Shown one piece after another: positions 27,081 through 36,783 of a stretch of DNA of 64,000 bases. The number at the start of each line of letters is the position of its first letter. Position 1 is the first letter of the stretch. The DNA comes from a virus: IMG/VR virus record IMGVR_UViG_3300026516_000178. One strand, 5' to 3'. Under the pieces are notes generated by a model, which worked only from the letters and a program-made list of their open reading frames with translations, was not told where the DNA came from and did no database searches. The position numbers were made by a program, and so were the translations under genes.

Positions 27081-28163
27081 TTAATCCCGCACGAAGTCCA
27101 TCAATCGGCTGATTTCAGAGCTACTCTCAATATCCGGCTGTCCTTGCCGCGCATAATACATAGAGAAACGTGCGACAATGTCCTTCACAAAAAAAGGAGA
27201 TATCTGGACTTCAGGTGACTCGTATGCTTCTACAAGTTCATTCTTTTTAATTGCTGTCAGCTTTCTGAAGTTTAGAAAGCCGCCCTGAAAAAACTCAGTC
27301 CTTGGAAGCCAGTGGTAATACATGGTGTAGTTGTTGCCAAAAACATCCTTGAGCCGATTCTCCTTTTTGTCCTTCTTTGAGTACCCGTCTAGTGCCTTTT
27401 TAGTTACTGCCTCGTCTGGCTCAATCTCAGCTAGAAGAATGCGGTCAGTCTTGTGATCTCCAGTGCTTCTGACGACAAGGTCACAGGCTGGAGTCAATAC
27501 CACAAAGAAAGAACTGCTTCTCACATTCCTAACAATGCTGCCCGTCTTGTGGCCAACAGTAAGTTGGGGGCGAATGTAGAATTCCTCAGGGAAACAAGCG
27601 TCTGCGTCATCTTCAAGTAACTGTAACAGATGACCCAGGATGTGACGAAGCAACGCCTTTTCTGTCCGCGTGGAATTGATCTTGCCGTGTTTCACCCATG
27701 CCTCTATCTGTGGGATCATGTTCTTCTGGAAGACTTCGTTTAGAGTCTTCTCAATTGTGCCGCGCCCCCCCATAATGCGGGTAAGTCCGGTATCGTGAAT
27801 TTCCCAGAACTTGTTGAGAATATCAACATATTCGGTTTCACCCTTCTTAAACACCCAGACAAAGTCAAAACTTGTATCTACGCTAGAGGGGGTGCCTGTC
27901 ATAATTACTGTAGGGATACGGAGATTGGATTTTGCGATTCTACTCACGACTTGATTGCCTTCATCTCCTTGCGTATCGAACCTCAGATCGACAATTGCAC
28001 CGTCAAACGATTTGTCCAGTTTCTGAAGAGCTTCATCAACCGATCTGTACACGACCAGTTCAATGTCTCGGTGCTTTTCATCCTGGTATCTAGACACAGA
28101 GTCTTTACAAGTCTGAATATCTTCCTCATTGTCCTCAACCAGAGCCAAGCGAAATCGAATCAT
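27081..28163 (-). CDS. Response regulator receiver domain with uncharacterised C-terminal domain
   Basis: LVEDN, AIVDL (phosphoacceptor), IMTG, FKK; C-terminal VVLTPACDL and YYARQGQP. Confidence 0.8.
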   Translation of the reverse strand: MIRFRLALVEDNEEDIQTCKDSVSRYQDEKHRDIELVVYRSVDEALQKLDKSFDGAIVDLRFDTQGDEGNQVVSRIAKSNLRIPTVIMTGTPSSVDTSFDFVWVFKKGETEYVDILNKFWEIHDTGLTRIMGGRGTIEKTLNEVFQKNMIPQIEAWVKHGKINSTRTEKALLRHILGHLLQLLEDDADACFPEEFYIRPQLTVGHKTGSIVRNVRSSSFFVVLTPACDLVVRSTGDHKTDRILLAEIEPDEAVTKKALDGYSKKDKKENRLKDVFGNNYTMYYHWLPRTEFFQGGFLNFRKLTAIKKNELVEAYESPEVQISPFFVKDIVARFSMYYARQGQPDIESSSEISRLMDFVRD

Positions 28164-28166
28164 GGG

Positions 28167-30332
28167 TTAATCCTCCGACTTGGGTTGCAGTCTGAAATAT
28201 GCCCCGCTATCAGACTCAAACGCCTTTAGCTCGAGACCACTTCGCGACGCAGCTTCCCCGGCAATCGCGAGACCCAATCCTGTCCCATCAGGCTTGGTTG
28301 AGAATTGAGGTTCAAAAATGACTTCGCTCTCGATGAAGCTCGGGGTGATGCCAGGCCCTGTATCTCGGTAGTCGATATATAGAAGCGACTCGCCATCCGT
28401 TTCGAGTGTGACATAAATTTCCTTCTTGCCAGAGTTCCGTTCACTCATCCAATATATGCTGTTATCAATCAGGTTAGTAAAAATGGCATAGATGTCCTGG
28501 GTCCAGCACAAGAATCGGAAGTCATCTGGGCCAGTCACCTTCACAGATACGCCATACCTCTTCATGTCTTCCTCAAAAACAGTAAAAGTATCTTCAATGG
28601 TCTTCTTGAGCGGAAGAGATTTCCGTGCAGAGCGTTTCGCTGCCGCCAGAGGGTCAAGCCTGCTGAAGAGCTTCACGAAAACATCCGCGTTTTGCCCAAT
28701 TCCTTCAGCAATTGCCATAAAACGCTCCAACTTCTCAGAATCACCAGTTTTCAGGTATGATTCATACCAATACGTCAAGTTAGGTATCTGATTTCGAAAG
28801 TAATTCAGTGGGTGTCTGCCTTCGTGCAGAATGACATTGATAATCTTGCCCAGAGTTGCTTGGCCCTGATAGACGGCAACGGCTTGCCGAATGTCCTCTG
28901 CGATCCGATTCTTCTCGTATTCTTCTTTCCTAATGATATCGATAATTTCATCGGCGGTCTTCTCGTCGATCCCGCTCTTGGTAAGCTTTGCTCTGACACC
29001 GCGCCTTAGTTCGTCAAAGGAGAAAAGCCGTTCTAGTTCCCGTTCGATTTTCAAGACAGGTCTACTTAGCCCAGCCTTCTTCCTGTATTCGAAACGCTTC
29101 TCCTCAAGCTGTGCTATAACTTTCCTCGTGGTTTCCTTTAGTCCTTCAAATGCTGCATTTTCCCGCAATCCATCCCTCGCACTCTTTTCGATTAGATCAG
29201 AATATTCCTCGGACTGAATCTCAACATAGCCAATCACTTGATTGCTACCGATTCTGAGGGAAGGATTCTGAATACGTTGTTGGTTAAGCTTGAGCCAATC
29301 AAAATCAGCGTCACCAAGCGGCCTGATCCGGAATCCATTCCGATAGACACCAATTCCGTTGTTCTTATTCAGAAGCTCCCTCGCTTGTTGCTTGCCCACA
29401 TAATTTCCTGCCCCGTCCTTAAGGCCGCGACCTATTAACGACTCAATGGCTTCTCTTTCACGATCATAGACTCGAATGTCAAAGACTAGCTCACCACATC
29501 CAGTTGGTGAACCTGCGCTAAACCGAATCTGCTCCTCTATGATGTTTCGAGCCTTCTGATTATAATAGGTCAGAAGTCCATTCCCATCTAGACCAACCTG
29601 TCCCGCGATTCTGTAATCATACAGATCGACAATCGGGTAAGGCTCAATCATTTCGTGGATGATGCCGTCTTGATCTTTGAGAAAACCATCTATTGTGATA
29701 TGGATCCGGAATTCATCGTCTGCTTGATTCTTACCCAGAATGGTCGAAATCGGCGATATCAACTTTTTCAGCTCGAATCTTAACTTATCGAATTGGCGCT
29801 GATCCCATTTGGCAAGGAGTTCTGCATTGCCAGTGATTGTCAATCGGGTACCTGAAGGCAATGCAGTCGGTTCGGTTTCCACCAGAATCACTACTTCATC
29901 AAGATACGTAGCCGTTTCAAAGTTCTTCCATTCAACGTAAACGGTCGTTTTCTCACCCCTTCGCGTTACGGTTTCAAGAAGAAGATCATTGCCAAGAATA
30001 GATGAAGCATATCTACCAATTCCTTTACGACCTTGCATGATTCTACCATCGGGACTTTCTCGTCTTCTGAGTTTGTCGTCAGTGGAGGGAACCATCCAGT
30101 TTTTGATTACGACATCCCTTTCCATACCGTGGCCATGATCCTCAACGGTGATGAAATAACTACCTCTGTCGGCGGATGCCCTGAATTCAACGTAAACATC
30201 CGGAGAGTCGGCGTCGTAAGCGTTTTTCACCAGCTCAACAATCGCTGCATACTGGTCCTGAATCAAATCGCGCCCTATCGTCAGGATGTGTCGTCCTGCC
30301 GGTCGTATCGTGTGTATTTCGGTCATGGCCAT
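28167..30332 (-). CDS. Hybrid MORC-like GHKL ATPase / histidine kinase
   Basis: N-terminal ELVKNAYDAD, DHGHGM, GRKGIGR; C-terminal ILHEGRHPL H-box, NLIDNS, DTGPG, FSTK, GTGLGL. Confidence 0.88.
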   Translation of the reverse strand: MAMTEIHTIRPAGRHILTIGRDLIQDQYAAIVELVKNAYDADSPDVYVEFRASADRGSYFITVEDHGHGMERDVVIKNWMVPSTDDKLRRRESPDGRIMQGRKGIGRYASSILGNDLLLETVTRRGEKTTVYVEWKNFETATYLDEVVILVETEPTALPSGTRLTITGNAELLAKWDQRQFDKLRFELKKLISPISTILGKNQADDEFRIHITIDGFLKDQDGIIHEMIEPYPIVDLYDYRIAGQVGLDGNGLLTYYNQKARNIIEEQIRFSAGSPTGCGELVFDIRVYDREREAIESLIGRGLKDGAGNYVGKQQARELLNKNNGIGVYRNGFRIRPLGDADFDWLKLNQQRIQNPSLRIGSNQVIGYVEIQSEEYSDLIEKSARDGLRENAAFEGLKETTRKVIAQLEEKRFEYRKKAGLSRPVLKIERELERLFSFDELRRGVRAKLTKSGIDEKTADEIIDIIRKEEYEKNRIAEDIRQAVAVYQGQATLGKIINVILHEGRHPLNYFRNQIPNLTYWYESYLKTGDSEKLERFMAIAEGIGQNADVFVKLFSRLDPLAAAKRSARKSLPLKKTIEDTFTVFEEDMKRYGVSVKVTGPDDFRFLCWTQDIYAIFTNLIDNSIYWMSERNSGKKEIYVTLETDGESLLYIDYRDTGPGITPSFIESEVIFEPQFSTKPDGTGLGLAIAGEAASRSGLELKAFESDSGAYFRLQPKSED

Positions 30333-31606
30333 CAGAAGACCTCTCTAAATCTATCAGCTATTTTCTTCGCTAACAGAACAGGTACGGCATTACCTATCTG
30401 ACGGTAAGCCGGAGTTCGCATTGGTTCCCCAGTAGCGCTCTCGAAGTAGTAATCATCGGGGAATGTCTGGAGTCTAGCAGCCTCTCTGGGGGTAATCGAA
30501 CGGTTCTGATCGATGTCTGGGTGAATGTAATAGTGGCCATCTTTTGCGATATGTGCAACGACGGTGTGAGAATAAGGCAAGTTTGCTGCGACAACCTTGA
30601 ATCTGTCTTGAAATGAGGTTCTGTGACGGTGTGTTTTCAGGCGATCTGGAAGCGAGTTATAGTCAAAGCGAATCTTCTTTTCATTCCATAGTTTAACCAC
30701 GATTCGGTAGATTTCGAGATCTTGTTCAGTGTTTGGGCGCGCTTGATGCCACGTGACCGGCAAATCATCATTGCGTATTTCAGCCTCATATAACCAAGTT
30801 CCCTTATATCGTCCAATCAAACATGGACCGATGTCACCTTGGCCTGCTTTGAGGGGAGGCATATCTGAGAACACTTCTTTCACGTGAATTTTGGGATTCC
30901 AACGATCAGGTTCCAGATAGAAACCAGTTGAGTTTCCGTGTTTACCGATGAGGATGATTCTTCTGCGGTTTTGAGGAACACCGTAATCATTTGCTGATAA
31001 TGTCATGAATTCGGTCTCGTAACCCACTTTTCGAAACAGGCTGCGCATCTTTTCAAGATATCGATTGCCATCCTTGTCTTTTGCAGATAACAGGCCAGTT
31101 ACATTCTCGAATATAAAAAACTTAGGTGTATAACGTTTCAAGAACTCCGCGTAGTATATATATAGATAGTTGCGATCATCGCCTCGCATACGATCGCTAT
31201 CTCGAGATCGGCCAACAATTGAGTACGCCTGACAAGGAGGACCCCCAATGATCAGATCCAGTTTCGATCCATCCAATTGTGTGTCCACGGCCTCAAAAAT
31301 CTGCTTAAGAGTCTTACTCCCGATTTCGGCGTTGATGACTGATGAGATATTGTTCTGAGGTATTAGTTGATATAATTCAGGCCTTTCGATTTTTCTCTGC
31401 AAGTAGTCACGGTAAGAATCTAGCCTCTCCTGTGAATTCAACCAATGGTAAGCCACACGCGTCTTTAGGGTGAAGCAAGCGGCTCTATCGGATTCCACGT
31501 GCGCGACGGGCGAGAAGCCGGCGCGAATGAAACCTTCAGACATTCCACCAGCACCTGCAAAAAGATCAAGAAATCGCGGAGCTTTTCGGATGTTATCGGT
31601 GACCAT
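30332..31606 (-). CDS. dcm: DNA (cytosine-5) methyltransferase
   Basis: DLFAGAGG, GGPPCQ, FENV, GVPQNRRR, REAARLQTFPD, QIGNAVP. Confidence 0.95.
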   Translation of the reverse strand: MVTDNIRKAPRFLDLFAGAGGMSEGFIRAGFSPVAHVESDRAACFTLKTRVAYHWLNSQERLDSYRDYLQRKIERPELYQLIPQNNISSVINAEIGSKTLKQIFEAVDTQLDGSKLDLIIGGPPCQAYSIVGRSRDSDRMRGDDRNYLYIYYAEFLKRYTPKFFIFENVTGLLSAKDKDGNRYLEKMRSLFRKVGYETEFMTLSANDYGVPQNRRRIILIGKHGNSTGFYLEPDRWNPKIHVKEVFSDMPPLKAGQGDIGPCLIGRYKGTWLYEAEIRNDDLPVTWHQARPNTEQDLEIYRIVVKLWNEKKIRFDYNSLPDRLKTHRHRTSFQDRFKVVAANLPYSHTVVAHIAKDGHYYIHPDIDQNRSITPREAARLQTFPDDYYFESATGEPMRTPAYRQIGNAVPVLLAKKIADRFREVF

Positions 31607-31749
31607 TGCTATTCCAGTTAGTAGCGCAGGATGCGCCAGCGGATACACTCACACAACCTGACTTAGTTTCGCCATGACGCATAGCGTAGCTATCGCTTTG
31701 GTCGAGGACACGCTGGCGTCTGCCAGTCTCATGCGAATTTGTCTGGTCC

Positions 31750-31914
31750 TCTAGCTCTGCCGCGCTTCATCGACCAACTCATCGAACACCAGCAGCAGAT
31801 CGCCAGAATGTTGCTCCAGGTACTGCCGCACGCGCCGTACATTGGCCCCAGCGTTGATCAACTCGACCACGTCCAGCAGGTCCTGCCGGCGCCTGGCCCG
31901 GAGCTTCATGGTCA
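31750..31914 (-). pseudogene. Probable C-terminal fragment of a nucleotidyltransferase-like protein
   Basis: Own translation MTMKLRARRRQDLLDVVEL...EARQS; K-x4-R-x-x-D-x-x-D pattern; no N-terminal part. Confidence 0.35.
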
Positions 31915-32328
31915 TTACCGTTCTGCTTCAACCATGAACTCCAATGTAGCTTGAGTGATCAGACCCGATCGGGTCTCGCCATGCCGTGCTGCATAGCTGT
32001 CGATCAAGCTGAGGACGCGCTCAGGAATGGTCACGTTTACGCGCCTGGCTTTGCCGGATAACTTTGCAACGTCGACGGTGACCACGGCCCATGCACCGCC
32101 GGCATAATCCCTGTTGCTGGTGTGAAACTCCACGGACTGAGGGCGCGGAACAGTCTCGCCATCTAAAAGCAGGCCCTCGATGTGGCACTCAATGGCCTCG
32201 ACCGCGTTCTCGATCGCTTCATCCATGGTTTCGCCGCCGCTCAAGCACCCTGGAAGATCGGGCACGGTGACGCCGCAGTCGCTGTCGGGGTCTTTGTGTA
32301 TGATAATGGGATAACGCATCTCCTTCAC
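31915..32328 (-). CDS. hicB: HicB family antitoxin (no adjacent hicA seen)
   Basis: GVTVPDLPGCLSGGET.DEA, C-terminal RVNVTIP...RSG RHH-like domain. Confidence 0.88.
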   Translation of the reverse strand: MKEMRYPIIIHKDPDSDCGVTVPDLPGCLSGGETMDEAIENAVEAIECHIEGLLLDGETVPRPQSVEFHTSNRDYAGGAWAVVTVDVAKLSGKARRVNVTIPERVLSLIDSYAARHGETRSGLITQATLEFMVEAER

Positions 32329-32523
32329 CTATGCTTACGACAATCCGATCCTCATGTTGGCCTGCTGTCACATAATACCATTACCCGTCATGACTCCCAA
32401 ACTCTCACCCCACCACATACACCTCACGTGCTGATCCCATGACGGGGCGGTACAGCGTGTTGGCTGCGTGCTGTGGCCCCCGACGAGAGGCCCGGTCGCG
32501 CCCATGCACTGCAAGCAGCGCGG

Positions 32524-32612
32524 GCCCTCGGTCAGCATCGAGACCGAGACCACGCACTTGACCTGCTCGCCCAGCTTGCCCGGCTTGCCCACGGTGTTCA
32601 TCACCTCGCGCG
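32524..32612 (-). pseudogene. Short fragment resembling a type III restriction Res subunit helicase motif
   Basis: [29 protein letters not shown], truncated on both sides. Confidence 0.6.
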
Positions 32613-32668
32613 TCTGGGCTGTCAAATGTCGGACGCACGTGTACCACCTTTGACTTGTTTTTTTAAGT

Positions 32669-32795
32669 TTACACTGAGTCGACTTGTTGGAAATCTGCTT
32701 GGACAGGAATCGGTGTGGCGGCCGGTGATTTTGTCATCTTACACTGAGTCGACTTGTTGGAAAACTGCTTGGGCAGGAAGCGGCGTTGCGACCGG
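32669..32795 (+). repeat. Imperfect 57-bp direct repeat with 70-bp period duplicating the integrase 3' end
   Basis: TTACACTGAGTCGACTTGTTGGAAA identical at 32669 and 32739, similarity continuing to CCGG. Confidence 0.9.
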
Positions 32796-33079
32796 CATGG
32801 GCCAATCTCGCACCACTACTCCTTCCAACTCGCCAGCTGCAGATTCGAACTGGTCCCTGACCGTAGAGTCATACAGACGGGCGTAATGCTGGGACATTTG
32901 CAGCGAACTGTGGCCAAGGAGCTTGCGCACGACTTCCAACGAGACGCCCTGGTTGAGTAGCCGGGTGGCAAACGTGTGGCGCAGCCGGTGTGGTGTAACC
33001 CGAATTCCGCATTTCTCGCCCCACCGGGCTACGCAGTTGCGAGTTTTTCATCGGTCAGGCGCCGGCCGTTGTATTGGAC
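32739..33079 (-). pseudogene. Truncated, frameshifted tyrosine recombinase/integrase C-terminus
   Basis: VTPHRLRHTFATRLL...LLGHSSLQMSQHY (H-x-x-R, H, Y); apparent frameshift near 33045; abuts the stop of the upstream gene. Confidence 0.85.
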
Positions 33080-36000
33080 TTATTCAAACCAATTGTTGCC
33101 TCTTCCCAACGTCGGCGGATACTTCTCCACATATACCGGCGACGCGTCCGTCACCGCCGCCCAACAGTGATCAGAGGTCTGGCTTTGGATGGCCAGTGTG
33201 TCCACCAACACCAGCGGAGACTCCCCTGCCCGATACAAGCGCACGGTGTTGGCCCCGCCCTCGACAAAGTCCAATCCGTCCCACTGCTGATACCAGACCT
33301 TGTAGCCCAAGGGCTGGATGGTTCCCTCCAGCCACAGGCAGGTTGTGTTGACGCACAGCCGATACAGTGACAGCTCCACCGCTTCGCTGCTGGAGTTGAA
33401 CAGCTCCACCGCGCTGTCGCCGGAGATCACCCCATCGGGCACGTTGTCGGTCGTCACCGGATTGCTGCACACCTCGTTGATCACCAATCCCTGCCGCAAG
33501 CTGGGCGGGTAGGGCGTGGGCGTGCGGGTTGGCCCGCCAGGCGTGGGCGTCGGTGTAGCCGTTCCCGGCGGTACGCTCACCGGCGTCGGCGTGCGCGTGG
33601 CTGTCGGCGTAGCCGTCGGCGGCGTGTTGCTGATCACGTCCAGCTCCAGGTAGGGCCGGATGCCCAGGTTCTGGTTGGCGCTGCCGGCGAAGTAGGCAAA
33701 GCCCTCGCAGCGCCCCGTCGAGGAACTGGGCGTACACCACGGCTCGATCTTGAGGGCCAGCCCACCCCCCGCCTGCACCGCGCCGCTAACGTCCAGTTCG
33801 ATAGCATCTGTACCGAGGATATCGTCGTTTGTGATTTGCATAGAACCAAATGGTGCGCCGACATCGTCCACACCGTAGGCCCCTGGCGTAGCCCACGGGA
33901 CATTCACGCCGCCCACGACAATATCGGGGTTGATGCGGTTTGTCCAAGAGGGCAAACTCCACTCAGCAAGCACTGGACGAAGCACCAGGGTCATGGCATC
34001 AGGCAGATACCCTCCCGCAGGAAACAAATACAGCGTTGCACGGTTGATTGTCGTGTTGGGCGGGAGATTGAACAGCGCCTTGATAAACAGGCTAGTAACA
34101 GTTGTGTTGTAGATGGGCACATTGTACGCCTGATCACTGCTGGTCCGTAACGCGAAAGTGGGCAAGGCTGCATAGGAAATCTCCCTGTTTAGCCAGATCA
34201 ACGCATCGCCCCACGTGTGGGTGGCGGGATCGACACGCATACGCCATGGTCCGGCCAAAACGGTAGGGGTAGCCGTCGCAGTCGGGGTTGGCGTTGGCGT
34301 AGCCGCAGGCGTCCCGCCGCTGGTAGGTTGGAACCTGACGCTGTGGATGGTCTCGACGCCGTCGCCGCCGTCCCAGAGGCGGAAGTCCCAGGCGGTGGCG
34401 CCGGATACGAAGCGGTCGGTCAGGTCCATGTTGGCCAGAACAAGCGTCCAGGTCCGCCACTGGCGCGTGTTGGTTTTGGCTCTGCTCTCCGTCTGCACCG
34501 CGCTGCCGTTGTGCCACTGGAACTTGATCTCGTCAGTGCCCACATCCAGGTAGTCGATGGAGACGGTAGCGTTGACGCCTACGCCGTAGCGATACCTGGG
34601 ATCCACGTCCAGGTAGACATACGGGTGTCCAGCGGTCGTCTGGCGGGCATAGCGGTAGCGGGGGTCGCAGGTTGCGCTGTAGACGCGGTCGTTGGGGCAG
34701 AGGCCGGGCGCATAGGCCGCGTCCAGGTTGTAGATGGCGACAGCCTGGCCGTCGGTCGTCAGCGCGTTCAGGCCAGGACAGCTCGATCCCACGCGCGGCT
34801 CCTGCGCGGTGCTGGCATAGAGGTAGAAGTCGAAGTTGTTGCACTTGGGCCACCAGCCCCACTCCGTCTCGCGCGTCCAAACCATGGCGTAAGGAGCGTT
34901 GCGCTCATCCTTGCCGGCCAGGTCGCGCACGGTCTGGATCATCCCCACCACGTAAGGGTTCTCGGTGGTCAATCGAGCCAACGTGCCGCGCGGATAGAGC
35001 CGCGCCTTGTACATGTCCCCCTTGAGGTCGAGAAAGGCAGCCAGGTTCCAGTAGTCCTCCTCGGCATGGTTGAGCGTCGTGCGGCTGCCCTCGCCCCAAA
35101 GAGGCGGGTCGGGATACTCGATGGCGAAGGTCACCTGGTTCTCCCAGCGCAGCGGCGCGTCCACCATGCCCTTGCCGCGCGACCAGCAAGAGGTACAGGC
35201 CACAGCCATGTCCTCCCAGTCGGGGTGCCACTTGGCATGTTGCAGGCCAAGCCCCCGGCCGGCCGCGTAGTCGTTCATCCGCTGGCGAGTGCCTTTGTCG
35301 ATATAGGTGTTGGTGCCCTGGAAGCTCAGGTCGATGCCAGAGCCGGCGAACGCGTCCACCCACATGTCGATCATCTGCTCAACCGTGGCCTCCCACAAGT
35401 CTTGCGTCAGCCCCAACTCCTGCAAGCAGGCTGCGCTCTGCGATACTCCCGGATTGAGTTCGCCGTAGACGCCGATGGGCAGCTCGATCCAGTCGATGTT
35501 GTCTTTCAGCGTAGGTGTGCTGTCGATATGTGCGGCCAGCGCATCGACGAAGCCCTCATAGGCTGCCAGGTACTGACTGCTCCAATACTTGGGCAGGCGG
35601 TGGCGCGGGTAGGTGCTGTCCAGCGGGCAGACCACGTAGGTCACATTCTGATCGGCTATGTCCAGCATGTCGGCCGGCAGCCAGATGCGGTCCTCCCGGT
35701 CGTCGCCGGTCCAGCACTGGCTGCCGCCCACACTGGCGCAGTGGTAGGGCGAGTAGTCCACCGTGTTGAAGCCCAGGCCGATGTGCAGGCCATACCCTGC
35801 GCGGTCGGCCACGTAGCTGTCCAATTCTGTCCAGTCGTAGTTGCCCACGGTCAGCTCCAACAGATACCAGGGGATCACCTGGTGGCTGCCATCCTGGTAG
35901 GGCGACGGCGCGCTGCCGCGCTGGTCGAAAAACTGGTAGATGCCGCCGTAATCCACCTGTGATCTGGGATACGGCGTGGCCGGCGCGCCCGGCGTGATCA

Positions 36001-36109
36001 CCGCGCGCACGGGAAAAGTATCAGGCTGTTCGGGCGTGAGCACGCAGGCCGCCAACGTCAGCAGCGCCAGCGCGGCGACGGCCAGCGCCCGGATAAACCA
36101 AGGTCTCAT
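33080..36109 (-). CDS. Secreted lipoprotein: glycoside-hydrolase-like catalytic domain, beta-sandwich modules, Pro/Thr linkers, lamin-tail-like domain
   Basis: Signal peptide with LAAC lipobox; W..LE...G.YDW..LD GH-like motif; TPTPTPT linkers; LVINEVCSNP; AGGAGG RBS. Confidence 0.65.
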   Translation of the reverse strand: MRPWFIRALAVAALALLTLAACVLTPEQPDTFPVRAVITPGAPATPYPRSQVDYGGIYQFFDQRGSAPSPYQDGSHQVIPWYLLELTVGNYDWTELDSYVADRAGYGLHIGLGFNTVDYSPYHCASVGGSQCWTGDDREDRIWLPADMLDIADQNVTYVVCPLDSTYPRHRLPKYWSSQYLAAYEGFVDALAAHIDSTPTLKDNIDWIELPIGVYGELNPGVSQSAACLQELGLTQDLWEATVEQMIDMWVDAFAGSGIDLSFQGTNTYIDKGTRQRMNDYAAGRGLGLQHAKWHPDWEDMAVACTSCWSRGKGMVDAPLRWENQVTFAIEYPDPPLWGEGSRTTLNHAEEDYWNLAAFLDLKGDMYKARLYPRGTLARLTTENPYVVGMIQTVRDLAGKDERNAPYAMVWTRETEWGWWPKCNNFDFYLYASTAQEPRVGSSCPGLNALTTDGQAVAIYNLDAAYAPGLCPNDRVYSATCDPRYRYARQTTAGHPYVYLDVDPRYRYGVGVNATVSIDYLDVGTDEIKFQWHNGSAVQTESRAKTNTRQWRTWTLVLANMDLTDRFVSGATAWDFRLWDGGDGVETIHSVRFQPTSGGTPAATPTPTPTATATPTVLAGPWRMRVDPATHTWGDALIWLNREISYAALPTFALRTSSDQAYNVPIYNTTVTSLFIKALFNLPPNTTINRATLYLFPAGGYLPDAMTLVLRPVLAEWSLPSWTNRINPDIVVGGVNVPWATPGAYGVDDVGAPFGSMQITNDDILGTDAIELDVSGAVQAGGGLALKIEPWCTPSSSTGRCEGFAYFAGSANQNLGIRPYLELDVISNTPPTATPTATRTPTPVSVPPGTATPTPTPGGPTRTPTPYPPSLRQGLVINEVCSNPVTTDNVPDGVISGDSAVELFNSSSEAVELSLYRLCVNTTCLWLEGTIQPLGYKVWYQQWDGLDFVEGGANTVRLYRAGESPLVLVDTLAIQSQTSDHCWAAVTDASPVYVEKYPPTLGRGNNWFE

Positions 36110-36120
36110 AGCTCCCTCCT

Positions 36121-36783
36121 CTAATGGGTCAAGGCCAGAATCAGCAGGTTGACCAGCAGCAGGGCAATCAACAGCAGATTGGCTACCACCATCCATGCAG
36201 GCACCCGAACAATGTTCGTGCGCGCCAGTTCCCTGCGCAAGCGCTCGTTCTCCTCCACCAGCAGGCGGGCGCGGCCGTTCAACACCAGGGGTAGTCGATC
36301 CGGGTCGATACGGTAGCTCTTGACCACGGCCTCGTTGGCCGTCGTGACCGCCCGCTTGATATCCTCAGGCGCCATGCGCAGCGCCTCGAAGAAGAGCTTG
36401 GCCCAGGTCAGCGCCACCTGGTTCTCCACGTCGTCCGGCCAGCCGATGGAGTAGGCCACATTGGTGTTGTTGTACACGGTCGTCGCGGCATGGGCGCTCC
36501 GGCACGCGTTCAGAAAGAGCACCTTGACGTTGTTGGCGGTGCAGACCGCGTGCTCCAGCATGTCCTCCTCGACGATGCCATCGCTGACCTCGAGGACGTG
36601 CTCTTTGCCGTGAGTGATGAAGTGGATGACATCGTACTGGCCGCTGGCGATCTCTTCCAGCGCGCGCTGGCGCGTGACGGTGTTGGCCAGGATCTTGGGC
36701 GCAAAGCCCGAGGCGGCGTTGATGATCTCATCTTGTACGTCCAGCCCCATGTCAGGGCTGATGATCAATACTCGTTGTAGCAA
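36121..36783 (-). CDS. CHAT (caspase-like) domain protein with coiled coil and C-terminal transmembrane helix
   Basis: YDVIHFITHG and VLFLNACRS (His/Cys dyad), AKLFFEAL; hydrophobic C-terminus. Confidence 0.75.
   Translation of the reverse strand: MLQRVLIISPDMGLDVQDEIINAASGFAPKILANTVTRQRALEEIASGQYDVIHFITHGKEHVLEVSDGIVEEDMLEHAVCTANNVKVLFLNACRSAHAATTVYNNTNVAYSIGWPDDVENQVALTWAKLFFEALRMAPEDIKRAVTTANEAVVKSYRIDPDRLPLVLNGRARLLVEENERLRRELARTNIVRVPAWMVVANLLLIALLLVNLLILALTH

Larger units (their letters stand above)
19354..31606 (-). other. Lower-GC eight-gene defence cassette (Mza/MORC-type restriction-like system with two-component module)
   Basis: Abrupt composition shift; eight co-oriented overlapping or abutting genes. 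Confidence 0.85.

Noticed and set aside
32739..33079. Functional prophage integrase
   Set aside because: Only the C-terminal ~110 codons remain, with an apparent frameshift
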